DNA of 64,000 bases from Lama glama (lineage: Eukaryota): NCBI GenBank assembly GCA_028534125.1, contig CM052818.1, positions 20,214,001 to 20,278,000 on the forward strand. Direction: 5' to 3'. Shown here piece after piece: positions 11,870 through 25,404 of the stretch (position 1 is its first letter; every line of letters starts with the position of its first letter). A program made the translations under genes and the position numbers. The notes under the pieces were generated by a model, which saw only the letters and a program-made list of their open reading frames with translations, ran no database searches and was not told where the DNA came from.

Positions 11870-14099
11870 CTATAGACTACATGGGATTTGAATCTGCCTG
11901 TGTGAGAACTTGAGCTCCAGCTTCAAGCAGGAGGCATCCCAGCCAGCCCAGCTCTGGGGGCTGAAAGGGGGCTCTCTGGGCCAGGCAAACTGCTGAGTGA
12001 CTGCCTGGAGCTGCCAGATGGAATGTATTATTATTTAACTTCCCAGCAAAAATGCCAGTTGTCCTGTAGGAAGGGCTCAACCCCTGCTGACATGGGAATA
12101 CCACCCAGGCCTTGGGCAAGGCCATTTGGCATTGCAGTTAGAGCTTGCTTGGTTGTTCAAAGTTCACCGTGGTGAAGGAAGCAGAGGAAAAACAGAGAGC
12201 AGCAGTGATGCATGAGTAAGATGGGCAGGATTGTCATGTCTTCCTAAAAAAATGAGATGATGCCACCATGAAGATGTTTCTGTGCTTGTACTCAACTCCA
12301 GAAGACAGTCTCTCCCCAGTCCATCAAGTTACCGAAGATAAATTAATCTACTGTTCTTCATCGCATCATTGGTGTGTCAAACACACAAATTGATATAGCA
12401 TAACATTGGAAATTATTGTCAAAATGGATAATAATTACACCTGAGTTTTTAAAAAATAAAAACAAAAGAGAACTGCATGTCATCCTTAGTAATCAAGGCG
12501 ATGATCAACCAGATGCGAATATGGACACCAACTCCCTATGGGCTCAAGCTAGTCACTGTCCAAACTTTGAAACCACCATCAAGAACATTCCTTTCTCTTC
12601 CTCATCTCTATCAGGGCACAACAGAACACAGGAGAACTATATGTGAGATTTAGCATAGCTTAATATAGGTTTACATCTTTTAAAATAAACCAAAATGAAA
12701 TCAACAAGAAACGCATCCCCCTCCCGCCCAAAAAAAGAGAGAAAGAAGGACGGAAACACACCTTATCTCTCGGTAACTTGAACCAATACACTATACAGAG
12801 TATTGCACCTGGACATTATTATAATTATTCTTTCATAGACTAAAGTTTTATAATATGCCTGAACATGCAGCAGTTGATACCTCTAAATTAAATGAATTAA
12901 TTCCACAGGCCTGGCAGCAAACACTATATACAAAAATCTCAAATGTACAAAAGGCAAAAAGCTCCATTAGTGCCACTTTGCCACTCACAAGTATATATAT
13001 TTAGGGGCAGCTGGGGAATCCACGTGCAACAGTTGGAATGGATTCCATTCCCTGCTAAATCAGTTCAGTGAAATAGATAACTGAATGACCTCCGGGAAAC
13101 ATACACACAAAGCCACAGAGAACCCTTGGAAATCAAAGAATGAATGTAACACTGTTAGCCTACCTACAGGAGGTAACGTCACATCCATTAAATAGTGTCC
13201 ACATGAGTTGCCGCTGCATGTCACACAGAAACAAAACTCCCAGGGCATCTTGCCACACTGTCAGTTTTCTAATCACTTCCTCTTCGATTTCTTGATGCCC
13301 TCTGCATCACCCATGTTTAGCCTCATTCTGCTTGTTCCCAAAGCCGATGTTTCATATTTAACTGTACATGTTTCACGTTTAAAAACCACAACACAGTAGT
13401 ACTAACATTTTGTACAAGTGCGCAAAAATCACACACTGCTGCAGGAAATAGAGTTTATGCTGGGAACTTAGGACTGAACTGGAAAGAGAATTTGCGAGCC
13501 ACATTTTGCGAGAACCCCAGGTCTGGGCCACTAAAGCAGTGGCCTTGGAGTTCAGGCAGAACTTGAATAACCAAGAGCACTGCTTGTTTCCTTTTCTCTC
13601 AGTTCACATAGCCCCTGTGTGCCACTAAAGCATTAATAGCATAAACCTTAGACAATTGGTTTCTCATTGTATATTAGCCCTTTGAGATCTACTTGTATTA
13701 ACACTGGATTTATATCTTTTGGCCAATTCGAAAGGAATTTTGATAATATATTTTTCAAATGTTAATAGAGTTCAAAATCAAATTTCTTTTTCTACAGAGA
13801 GCGATTTCTTCCACGAGATACATGCTCACACAACTTTGGCATGCCCCAAAGCTAAAACCAAAGAAAGCAAGACTTAGCCATTCCAGAGCAAACCGACACA
13901 GGTAGCCAACTTGTGTGTCTCCCAGCCTCTCTCCTTCAGAGGCACGCCTTGAGGGCGCCCACCCTTGCACTGAAGAAGCACACGTCTCTTCTCCTGGACA
14001 GAAGGGCAGAGAGGTGGCAGGCAGGGGTCCTGGAGGGATGAGAAGTAAGAGTTGTCAGGACTCTTATGTTCAATAGCAGAGCCAGTCTTCCTGTTTGCC

Positions 14100-14121
14100 T
14101 TCTCTCTCTCTCTCTCTCTTC
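14100..14121. repeat. (CT)n microsatellite in 3'UTR
   Basis: tctctctctctctctctct run. Confidence 0.9.
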
Positions 14122-14455
14122 TTTGTAGTAAAAGAACTGAAGTTGCTTCACTGCCAGCAGCCCCGAGGAGTGAAGCCTGGCTTGCCAACAAACCAGACTC
14201 AGCAGTGGGTCCAGCTAACTGCTGACCTCGTGCGATTCTGTGTTACTGGTGAAATGAGAACCAAGAGTGCGTTCTGGTCACCAGTGGGAGGAGGGAGGAG
14301 CTGGCCTGGGGTGAGGGAATGCAATAAATAGAGGTGGACAAGGGACTGGGGCTCCGGGGAGGAGAAGTAGCTCAAGACCTCTGAGCCTCGGGAAAAGAGG
14401 AATCTTCCCGGTACTCCTTCTTGCAGCATCACTAAACTCCCTCTGGAGTGGCTTC

Positions 14456-14917
<462 letters not shown>

Positions 14918-15989
14918 TCATACTCCCCCTTCCAGCATCTGCTCTAGCCCTCTGGCTCCACTGAGACCACCCTCCCTGTGAACCAGAGAATGAACTTGAA
15001 TCCCTCTCCCACCAAGTCTCCAGTGATCTTTCTTCACTACAAGTGGACCCCTATAACCTTGCCACGCCTGCTCCAGACAACATCTTCTCTATAAGTTGGA
15101 GGATGCATGGGGGGGTGGAAAGCTGTTCTGGGAAGCCTGCCTTCGCCCCCACCTATCACCATGAACCCTATTTAATGCTCTCCCATTATGTCTATTATTA
15201 TTATACTCAACACGCTGACTTGCAGTGAATTGTTATGCTTTTGTTTCAACCATGAGCTCCTTAAAGGCAGGTCCCTTTTGTGACAGCCCTGGGCTCCCAG
15301 CAGTCCCCTGCAATAAGTGTCTTCTGAATGAACGAACACATCAGTAAGCCCACTGCTGACCCCTCGGCTCAGAAGGACCCATGCCCAGTTGGAGGTTCAA
15401 GTAGCCAAAATCGGGCTTATGGTCTGTGGTAGGGTGGATGGCAGCAAGCAAACAAATCCTGGATTTTGGAGAAAAGCAGGAAATGTGAACAATGTGCTCT
15501 GCCTTTAGGGGCTCACTGCTGTATTCCTGTCTAGAACACACTGCAATGGATAGAAAAACTTCCAGGGAGAAGTTGAGGCCTGGCTGAGACTTGAAGAGTG
15601 AGTTACATTCATGTTGGCAGAGGTGGGAGGAAGGTATCCCTGCAGAGAAAGATGGGACAGAGGCAGAGGGGCAGGAACACAAAAGATGTATACACAGGAC
15701 AATGAGTTGGCCAAGCTGCCTGGGACAGAGTCCAGTGTGAGGATGCAGGAGATAACGGGGGAAGCCCGACAGAGAGGCCTTCAGGACCAGGCCCCCTCTC
15801 CCCCACAGTCCACAGCACAATGCTGAGAAGATGGAAGACACTCTGGCAATACCTTTTCAGACACTGATTCACTGGTGTTATCCAGGGTCAGCACCCTGGA
15901 GGACGGAATAACTCTCGTGGAAAGATCAGCATTGTTATTTGTATGAGAACTATTATTAATATATACTTTGTCCTATGGAAATCAGTAAC

Positions 15990-16265
15990 TTAAAGATGTT
16001 AACAAGCAGTCTGTGCAAAAAGTGGTTCTGAGACAAAGCTATGTTTTGTACCCTGTTCTTGGAGCTTTGTCATGCGCTTGGCAAATTAAAGGCTCTGAGA
16101 CGTCCTAGAGTCCAGAAACCTGGTTCACGTTGTTAAAGCCAGCCTTCCTCAAACTTGACATAAAACTTTTTTTTTTCCTTTTTTCCTTTTTTTTTTTTTT
16201 TTCCTGAATAGCCTTTTAATATCCCTCCTGGGAGCAAAGTTCTGTAGAACATGGTTTGGGATGTG
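15990..16265. mobile_element. hAT-Charlie DNA transposon remnant (MER103-like)
   Basis: ttaaaggctctgagacgtcctagagtccagaaacctggttcac...tcaaacttgac...gaacatggtttggga resembles the MER103 consensus as I recall it. Confidence 0.5.
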
Positions 16266-16309
16266 CTGCTTCATAAGTCACAAAACATCTTCACATTCAT
16301 TTGTTTATT

Positions 16310-16440
16310 GGTTCTTGGAACAGGCAGGTGTTATTATCCTGATTTTACAGATGTGGAAACTGTGGTTCAAAGAGGTTTGGCGACTTCCCCAGAGTCACCC
16401 AGTGAGTTCAGGGCAGAGCCGGACTCAACTCCAGCTCCCA
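16310..16440 (-). mobile_element. MIR
   Basis: ttattatcctgattttacagatgtggaaactgtggttcaaagaggt...gtcacccag...ggcagagccggactcaactccag. Confidence 0.75.
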
Positions 16441-18369
16441 GCATGATGCCTCCCGCGCAGTAGGACGTCTGGAAAGCTGGACACTGGAGAAGTGGGAAGA
16501 CATGCAAGGGTCAAATTCAACCAGGAGACATTTAGGTCAAGCCGTTAGGCTAAAACAAAGCCAGAAGGGCTTGCCAGTAGGCCAGCATGGTGGGAGAGAG
16601 CTGTGGGTCGGGGAGAGTGGTAACATGGACGGGTGAGCTCGGCAGGAAAGTCTGTTTTCAAATTGCCCCAGACTGAGATCAGAACCAGACGAAAAGCACG
16701 GAGCGGAAATGAGCTAATCTTTCCCATCTTTCAGCACCCATTGGTCCTGCTTGGCTTCTTCTCTCTGGCTTTGAGTTGCATAGTTTGGTAGGTCTCAGAG
16801 ACCTTGGATGGAAGACAGAAGGGAGACACAGAAAAGCCTGAGGGATGGAAACAGGACTTTCAGCAGAAGGATGTGAGTTTTGCCCCTTGAGATGGGAAAG
16901 CTAAGCAGCGGCTTAGTCATTTCTACAGGAGGGCTGGCCCCAGGCAAGAGGATGATCTGATCTCTGTCTCCAGTGTGTACAGAGCAAGAGGGAAAGGGGG
17001 GTCCTGTGTGGAGAGGGACTGCAGAGAGGAACAACAAAGCCCATCCCCTCAGTGATGCGGGCTGGACCTGGGAGGGCGGTTGCCTGGGGAAAGGTTGTGG
17101 GCACGCCTCCACTGAAGATCTCTATCGAAGGAGTGATGGGTTTGCCTTGATTAAAGGTGGGTTACAGAGTATGGGCTCGTGGTACTGGGGGAGGAGCAGG
17201 ATGGGGAGAAGGCGGACGTGGCTTGGGGAGCACTGAGTATCATCCCAGAAGGTGACCAAAGGGCATCCTGGGTGGGGATGGGAGAAGCAGGCGACCAGGG
17301 GCAGAAGGGGTGGGAGGTGGTTACGAAGATTGGCAAGGAATGGAGCAGGAAGGAAACTCAACTTGCAACATCACCAATGGTGGGCCCTGCCCAAGCACTT
17401 TCAGGGGCAGGACCACCTCAGTCCAGGCTCCCTCTCACTGGTCACTAATGAGGCCCTGTGTATGGAGAACCTCAGGAAATTTGTAAAGCTCTGGCATCGG
17501 CTCCCCTGTTTACCTACTTGTGCTTCACCTTTAAGTCATTAGTGTTCATTAGTCATGGAAACTGGTTTCATTTCCTGAGGTCAACTGAGCATAGTGACCG
17601 AGCGAGATTCCACAGGATGTCTGAATGTCACAACTTACTATGTACCAGGGAACCAGGCTCAGTCAACACAGCTAGGGGCGTCATTCCCAGAGGGCCTCCA
17701 GCTCCACAGCGGGCTGGCTTGGGGAGCAATCTAGCTCAGCTCTGGGCTGTCCAGGCGTCCCAGAATCATCTATGGCATTGGAGCAAGTGCATCATTCTTC
17801 AAGAACATTACAGAAGGACATACTTGGTTCCCCCAACCCATTATGCAACTGGCCCTATTTTCCTTGGAGACATCTTAGATGTATGTCAGTTACTCATTTC
17901 CAATTCAAATAACTAACATCCCACTATGTGCAATTCCTGGCTATTAATTAACTATAGAGTCTTGGGAAGTTGTCCAAGGTAAGTATAGCTAAGAGACCCC
18001 ATCCCCTATTAATGCATGTAGGCAGCACAGCATCCCAGCATCTTCAAATTCAGAGAAGACTAGGGGTTATATCCTCTACTCCCCGATTTTATTCTTTGGA
18101 AAGCTTCTACCTCCCTTACAGAGCAGGTACAAGACTTGACTCCAAGGTTCTGACAGGCAGACTCCCAGAGACACTCCCTATTTACCTGGATCTTTGGTCA
18201 TCCCATATGCCCCCTACCTAATGTCTAAATGCCAGATTCTTAGCCCACATGGCACCATCCAACAGGTGACACTGGGACATGGGGAACAGGCTTCTAACTC
18301 TTCACACCTTATCTCCTCCAGGGAGCCCTTCCCACGTTCTCTGACCCACACTGAGGGAAGGCCACATGG

Positions 18370-18590
18370 AGTAGGAGAAAGAGCACTAGCTGACCTCCCA
18401 TCCTGGTACTGCCCCCCTTCCTGTTGGATGACACTGTGAAGAGAACCTCTTTGAGCCTTGGCCTTTTCATCTGCAAAATGGGGGTGGTAACAGGTGCCCT
18501 ATAGATGGCCTTGAGGACTAAATGAGTGGGGGTTGTTAGGGGCCTCAGTGAAGACCCCAACACACAATGGGCACCCAATAAATATGAGTT
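18370..18590 (+). mobile_element. MIR
   Basis: ctctttgagccttggccttttcatctgcaaaatgggggtggtaacag...gaggactaaatgag...caataaata. Confidence 0.7.
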
Positions 18591-21315
18591 CCTGCCCTAC
18601 CTCTGAATCTTAGCACCATACGCCATGGGCACGCCGGATGCTCAGCTTGGCTGTGTTACCATCATCTCTCTCTGTATACAAACGTGCTTCAAAAAATCAG
18701 AGCAGCAGACATAAACTGTTAATGCGGGACTTACAATAATGCTTAAAACATGTTATATGAGGTTCTGTTTTCTGCTCATACTGACATTTACAGATTCAAC
18801 AGTTACTCCAAAGGCTGAGCAGCAATGCGGTCCTGGTGATCTGCCCACAGGTGCCATGAGCTTCATGAAGGCAGGGACCAAGTCTCACATTTCTCTGTGT
18901 CCCTACCTCCTTGTCCAGCTTTATCTCCTGGATCCAGTGGAACCACGAAGTTCTCTGGACTTACTGGCTTCCTTCTGCATCCACGCCTTTGCCCAGCTAA
19001 TCTTCTGCCCAGAGCACCCTCTCCCCTCCTTTGCTTTCCGCCCTGTGTCCTCATCACTGAATTGACTTCCACTCACCTTTCCCATCTTGGCTTAGATGCT
19101 CTGCCTTCAGGAATACTTCCTCATTCCTCCAGGTCTCTTATGGGGTCCCATCATCTCTCCTAACTCTTATCATAGCCCTTCCCACACTGGGCTTCCGCCT
19201 CCTCTTTCAACTCATCTGTGAGCTCTTGGGGGCGGGGCCTGGGTTGACCTCACCAGCCCATCCCCAGGCTACGCAATGCCTGGCACACAGTACTCAATAA
19301 CTATCTGATGGAAACAATAACTGGATGCACCTCTCTTGCTGCTGCTTTAACTTGAGCCAGTGAAGTGATCTGGGTTCAGGATCTGAGGCAGTCTTGTGCC
19401 AAAGGGTGTCTTTATTTATTTTTGTTTGGAGAAGGCTGAGGTCTGACTCACGAAGGGTCTGGAGCGGGACAACCCAGCCCATCACGGCCCCACAAGGTCC
19501 TGGGAAACAGGCAGACTGAGGTCTGGTTAATGGGGTTTCCTCTCCCAGCAGCGGTCAGCCTGGGGCACCAGAGTTCCCTGATTGCTGGTAGGAGATAGAA
19601 CCAGAAATAGCATGAACCAGGGTTTGGGAAAATTCCATCAAGATGGATGGGCTAGGAGAAGTTTAGGGACTTGGTGGGTATGTTCCCAATCCTTGCGGTT
19701 GGTGTTAGGGGAAAGCCACATTCCTATCCCCTTTGGCATTTCTTCAGAAGTAAGGTCTTAGATTTAAGAGGTCTGGGGCTGATCCAGGGGGAAGGACACA
19801 CTTTTAGTGGCTGCAGTGGGGGAGTAAGGCAACACTTCTGGAAACTGAGTTATAAGTCACTCCAGATCCTTCTGAGAAATTGCATCTGAGAAGCAAAGCT
19901 AGTGGACCTGCCTTTTAAATCACCCCAATGCTACCGAGGGCTAGAGGCCCAGTGGGCTGTGGCAGTGTCTGGACCCCATCGTGGACATGGGCAGGCTGCC
20001 TGAATGCTTGCTTCCTGTTTGGTTGGTGCAATTCTTTCACAGCCCTTACTGAGCTAAAGTCATAAACACAAGCTTTCCGAGGAGCCAGCAATCTCTGCTT
20101 CTGTCTTCATCTGATGACCAGGAAATCAACAGCTGACTTTATTCTAAAGCACCGAGGAAACTCCCTGATCTTCAAGGAAGGCTGTGGCATGGAGCTGTAG
20201 TGCCCAGGCTGGTCCCAGACCCCGCCTTCATCTCTGCCCGGCCTGACAGCAAGGGTGTAGGTAGCAGACTGACCACAAGCCAAGTCCCCTGCTCCACGCA
20301 TATGACCAGAACTGGGCAGACATGCTGTTTCTCGGGAGACCTGCTACCTCCACATGGTCTCCAGAATGCCAGCTTTCAGGTTCCAACTCCCTCTTGTGTC
20401 TTCCCCGACATGAGAGAAGACTCACTCCATCCACCTTCCCCTCCCTGTCCCCATGGCACTTTCTGGAACAGGCATGTGCTCCCTCCTCCTAACATTCTTC
20501 TGTGTGTTACATTTTCCTCTTCTATCCCTCAAGGTACCCACTGCAAAGCAGGGCACACAGCCGTCCCTTAATATTCATTTGCTCAGAATCATTTTATTCA
20601 CTGCAACAGTCAAACTCAAAATTTCTCTTTGCTTTAAAATGTCAATATTATCTAAGTTCTACTTTCTTCTTTTAAGTATCCTAAAAACAAAAGGGAGAAT
20701 TTAAATAGACCGCTGGCTCAACCTCAGTCAACTGGATTTTTACATATACGCATGTATTCATTATACTCATATACAGACAGAGGATGTGTGTTTGTTTATA
20801 CACACATGCTCACCTTTGAAATTAAGTGAAATAAGGAATGTGTAACTGCCAGTGTCTTGCCTGACAAAAATGAGGGTTGGAACAGAAATTCAAGTTAGCT
20901 ACCATTTGCCTAGAAGTTTCTCTAGCATATTCTTCTAGCCCATCCCTCCTTTTCAATTTTGTGAACTAAGAATTGATTGTACTTTCGGATTTTCCTTACA
21001 GGAAACAGAGCCAGACACACAAAGCATTCATCTGGCACTGGGCTGCCAGCAGAGACTTTTACAGCATCTTACCTTGCCATGGTGATGCCCCACCATTTTT
21101 AATCCATTTCCTTCTTAGAATGTGGTGGCCAGAACAGATGGTTTGATTCCTGACTCTGTGGTCTGAGCAATGTCAAGGGCGGTGGCATGAGCCTTTCTCC
21201 TTGGTAGAAACTCTCAAATTAAACCAATGCCTAAGATAGAACCCATGTTTTACCATTTCTTAAGCAACTGTGATAAAACACTGACGCTCTTAGTTTTATC
21301 AATCCAATTTAACCT

Positions 21316-21780
21316 TGTTATAGGTGGAACTGTGTCTCCCCCAAAAGCTGTGTTGAAATCCTAACCACCAGGACCTCAGTACATGATCTTATTTAGAAAT
21401 AAGGTCTTTGCAGATGGAATCAAATTAAAATGAAGTCATCAGGGTGGGGCCTAATCCAGTATGACTAGCGTCCTTATAAGAAGGGGAAATTTGGACACAG
21501 AGACAGACATGCACTGAGGGAGGACCAGATGAAGAGACACATGGGGAATGCCTCATCAAGAGGGGAGGGATGCAGCCACAAGCTAAGAAACACCTGGCAC
21601 TACCAGGAACTGAAAGAGGCGAGGAAGGATTTCTTCCCCTACAGGTTTCAGAGGGACGCTGGCTCTGCAGATGCCTTGGTCAAAGATGTCTAGCATCCAG
21701 AACTGTGAGACAATAAATTTCTGTTCTTGTAAGCCACCTGGTTTGTGGTAGTTTGTTATGGTAGCCCCGGAAAACATACA
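21316..21780 (+). mobile_element. MaLR solo LTR (MLT1C/B-like), full length
   Basis: TG...CA termini, 5-bp TSD aacct/aaccc, diagnostic aataaggtctttgcagat, ccttataagaagggg, ccagaactgtgagacaataaatttctgttc...aagccacc. Confidence 0.9.
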
Positions 21781-23225
21781 AACCCCAATCTTCTGAAATG
21801 ATTTTCTGCATCCAAATATAATCTTTACATTTATAACCTTGGCTTCTTTTTCTAGTGGTACTTATTTCTAGCCTGTCAAGATTACAATGTTTTGCTAACA
21901 CATCTCTCTGAAACTTGAATTATTTGCCAAGGAAGTGGGGAAAATCAATATACCTAGCTTGCTGAGGATTGTATGACAGCATGTAAGGAAACCTCATGTA
22001 AACTCTAAAGCACAATGTGAATGTCATTTTAATTCTATCATCCATCTTATCTGCCATCTTCTTCAGCTTTTTGTCATCCTAAAATTTGATTGGCATACCT
22101 CCCATCTATCAAGATGTATAAAAAAATATTGGCTAAGACAGGGTCAGGCCGGGTCAGGCTCAGAGCCCTTTAACCTGCCTCTACAAACTGACAGTCCTAC
22201 CAGCACCTTTGGGGGACAGTTGTTACATTCACTGTGAATCAACCACCCATGGTCACTTTCTCCATCTTGTTCAGGAGGATGATATCAAAGACTTTCAATT
22301 GTTTTGCTAGAACAAAGATACACAATTCCTGTAGTCCCTAGGTTCCTGGCCATTCCCTGCTCCACAGCAGAGGGTCACGGCAGTGTGGTGGCCTCTGCTG
22401 CTGGTACACAGAGATGGAGAGCCACCCAGGCCTCAGGTGGTAGCCTCGAATGCCCCCTGCCCCATGATCTGGCCCATTGCCTCTGTCTAAATCACGACTG
22501 AGGGAGAGCTGCTTCACTCCTGAGGCACTGTGTGTGTGTGTACATATATATGTACATCTGTATTTAAAAATGAACCAAATCTCTCAGACCAACAGGCATT
22601 CTGAACAACCCATCACAGCTGAATTCCGTCAAATCGGTGGTTTGCTGGAATTCAGCTATTTCCCCTTTCTCCTTTTCCGTTATTGTTTTCTAGACTATAA
22701 AAAATACACACTTTTACAAATTCAACTTGAAGAGTTGCTTTGGAAACTCTTACTAGCTCACACTGACCTCTTCCTGCACACCCTCAAATACTTTGGTGAT
22801 CAAAGGAGTTTCGCCAGCTATAATCTGTCTATAGATGAGTGGTCTCTAGGGGGCTACAGACCCAGCCCTCTGGAATCTCCATTATAGGGGAAGGCAGGTA
22901 TCCCCATTATGAAGAAATGATCAAACTTGGAACACTTGTTATGATGCTTTTTAAACAACATTTTGGGGCATCTACCTGAAGGTTTGTAGGGAAGGTTGTG
23001 CCAGTTTAGAAACTTAACAGACGCTTGGAAGGAAAACCCAAGACACAACTCCCTGTATCCCCGGCTCCCATAGGAGAAGGGGATGTGGCCCTTATGTGCC
23101 TTTGGTAAAGTGGGGGGCTTGTTAAGGTGATTCCAAAGCTGTTTCTACCTGAAAATTCTATGGCTCAATCATTTTAAGTAAAATAAAGTATTTCAAGCAA
23201 GCTTCTTGACCTAGGTTCTCACTTC

Positions 23226-23672
23226 TAGAGCAAGACTGGCAAAGGATCTGGCCCTTTGACTGGCCAGTTGGCAAATGTTTTAGGCTTTGTGGGCCATGGG
23301 ATCTCCAACACGACCACTCCTCTCTGCCTTGTGGCTCCAGAGCAGCCCTAGACAAGACGTCAGTGACTGAACATGGCTGCATCCCAGTAACACTTTATTT
23401 ATGGGCATGAACATTCCAATTTCTTTTAATGGTCAAATGTCACCAAACACTCTTCTCTGACCATTTAAGAAAAATGTAAACAAATATACATATATATAAG
23501 CATGACTGGGACATTGTGCTGTACACTAGAGATTGACACATTGTAACTGACTATACTCCACTATTAAAAAAAAAAGAAAAGAAAAACGTAAAACCCATTC
23601 TCATTCTGAGGGCTTCACAAAACAAAGCAGTGGACAAGATTAGGCCTTTGGGCCAGAGTTTGCCAAACTGTG
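23226..23672. mobile_element. MER58B (hAT-Charlie), interrupted by an L1 3' fragment
   Basis: ttttaggctttgtgggccat...catggctgcatcccagtaacactttatttatgg...ccatttaagaaaaatgtaaa | aacccattctc...gggccagagtttgccaa. Confidence 0.75.
23481..23578 (+). mobile_element. Very short 5'-truncated, lineage-specific L1 3' end (camelid-type)
   Basis: gcatgactgggacattgtgctgtacactagagattgacacattgtaactgactatact + poly(A); 14-bp TSD aagaaaaatgtaaa (23467-23480) / aagaaaaacgtaaa (23579-23592). Confidence 0.8.
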
Positions 23673-25404
23673 CATCAGAGAAGGAACTTCAGGGCTTCTG
23701 TGAACCTTGTAAAATACAGTCCTGTGTGCAGTCTGTATGGGCACACTTGGTTTTTCCTGGAGAGAGTACACTATCAGATTTTGGAAGGGGTGCTGACCTC
23801 GTGGCTAAGTTATAGACCACAGACATAAAGGCTTCCCCTCACACCAGGCCTGAATTTCACTGAGGTACAATCACTCTCTCAGAGGAGTCCACAAAGAGAA
23901 GAAAACCCTGACAAAAAGTCTCAGAACCTGAAATGACACCCTTTGCTCAAGTCCCTTGTATCATGGGGCCCCAGCCTGGGGCATTCCCTTTGGCCTGTGT
24001 GGTGCTATATGGGAAGGCTGACGTGTCCCTAGGAAAATGGTTGAGAAAAGTCTCCAGGATGCAGGCTGTGTGTCTGAGGCTCTTTCAAAACCAAGAGAAG
24101 CTATCTGTCTCAGACATAGCATTTCTTCATTCCTTTTAGGGAAGGAGACATTTCTGGATGGGTCTGAAGGGCGGTGCTGATACCTACCTCCCCAAACCCT
24201 CCCAACCCTGCCCAGCTCCACACGTAGGCACACTTTCAGCTGTGACTATTTGACTTTAAAACTTGGTAACAAAAGTATAAATCATACGTTTCAGCCAAGA
24301 TTCATTTTGGGCCATGTGGTTGTGGACATATTCTCATTGCCTGTACAGTGCTCACTGGCAATCGGCGACCTTCAGTTTGAAATTTGTAAACGGCCTAGAG
24401 GCAGCTCCAGGTGCTCTAAGAATCTCGGCTCCCCAGTGAGGCAGGCAGCATTTTGGGGCAAGTCGGGCCACCTGCATCTTCTGGCACCAGTGGTACCCAG
24501 CTCACAGCTGGGCCCTAACTAAGTGGACCCTGCTGAGTCCCCAGACAGTGGCCCAGAGCAGAAGCTTTTCTCACAGAGGGGAGCCTGCCACCCTCCAAGA
24601 CCACTCAAGAGAGGAAAGGAGTGCCCCTTTCCCACTCAAATGCTGCAAAGGAGCTTTGAAACAGCTCCTGCGGCCAAGAGGCCTCCAATCTGCTGCCAAC
24701 AAGAAGGGTCTGGAGCTGCTATGTGGGAAAGAAATGCCCCTTCCTGGGGAACCATCCTCAACCCAGGCTGGACCCCCTCACACACCTCGATCGCCCTGTG
24801 CCTTTCTTTCCTGAGTCCTTCTTGTCACTGGGGCTATAAAATGATTTAATTTGTAACTGTCTCCTCCACAGGCTGGAGGCATCGCTTGGGTGTCTGTTGT
24901 GTATTTCCAGTACCAGCACCGTGCTTGGCACGGCTCAGTTCCTCTGAGTGGGCGGCATAATAAAGCTTATGGATGGAGACCTTCCCAGGTGCCAGGCGCT
25001 ACATCATGAAGCTCACCTGCCTGACTTATTTAAACTCATGCCCACCTCACTGGGAGGCTGTGCTGCTACTACCCCCACCAGAAAGACTAGCAAACAGCTT
25101 GCCTGAGGTGCACCAGCCAGAGGTGGAACCAGGATGGAATTCATTCCGTCCCCAGGGCCGTGTCCCTGGCATCCTGCCTCCTGCCAAGAGGCGTCAACGG
25201 GGTCCTCTGTGCAGAGGGCTAGAGCGCTGAGCCCAGCAGAGGCAGCCAGTTCAGTGGCTTCCGCCGATAGTGTTATTGCTAAACACAAACAAGCAAGCAA
25301 ACAACTGCCTTCTGCCCTGTGTCCCTCACAGTGAGGCCACCATCCCCACCAGGCCATTTGGGGTCATTTCTTAGACATCAGAGGTGAAGAAGAGCACAGC
25401 CCTT

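Larger units (their letters stand above)
11315..14455 (-). other. PRKCE: PRKCE 3'UTR (~3.1 kb; 3' end approximate)
   Basis: Transposon-free, AU-rich stretch after the stop codon with U/A tracts, many miRNA seed matches and AATAAA at 11339-11334; cleavage site inferred about 15-25 nt downstream. Confidence 0.85.

Noticed and set aside
17261..17282. G-quadruplex motifs here and at ~6053-6082
   Set aside because: Common in GC-rich mammalian DNA; no supporting context.
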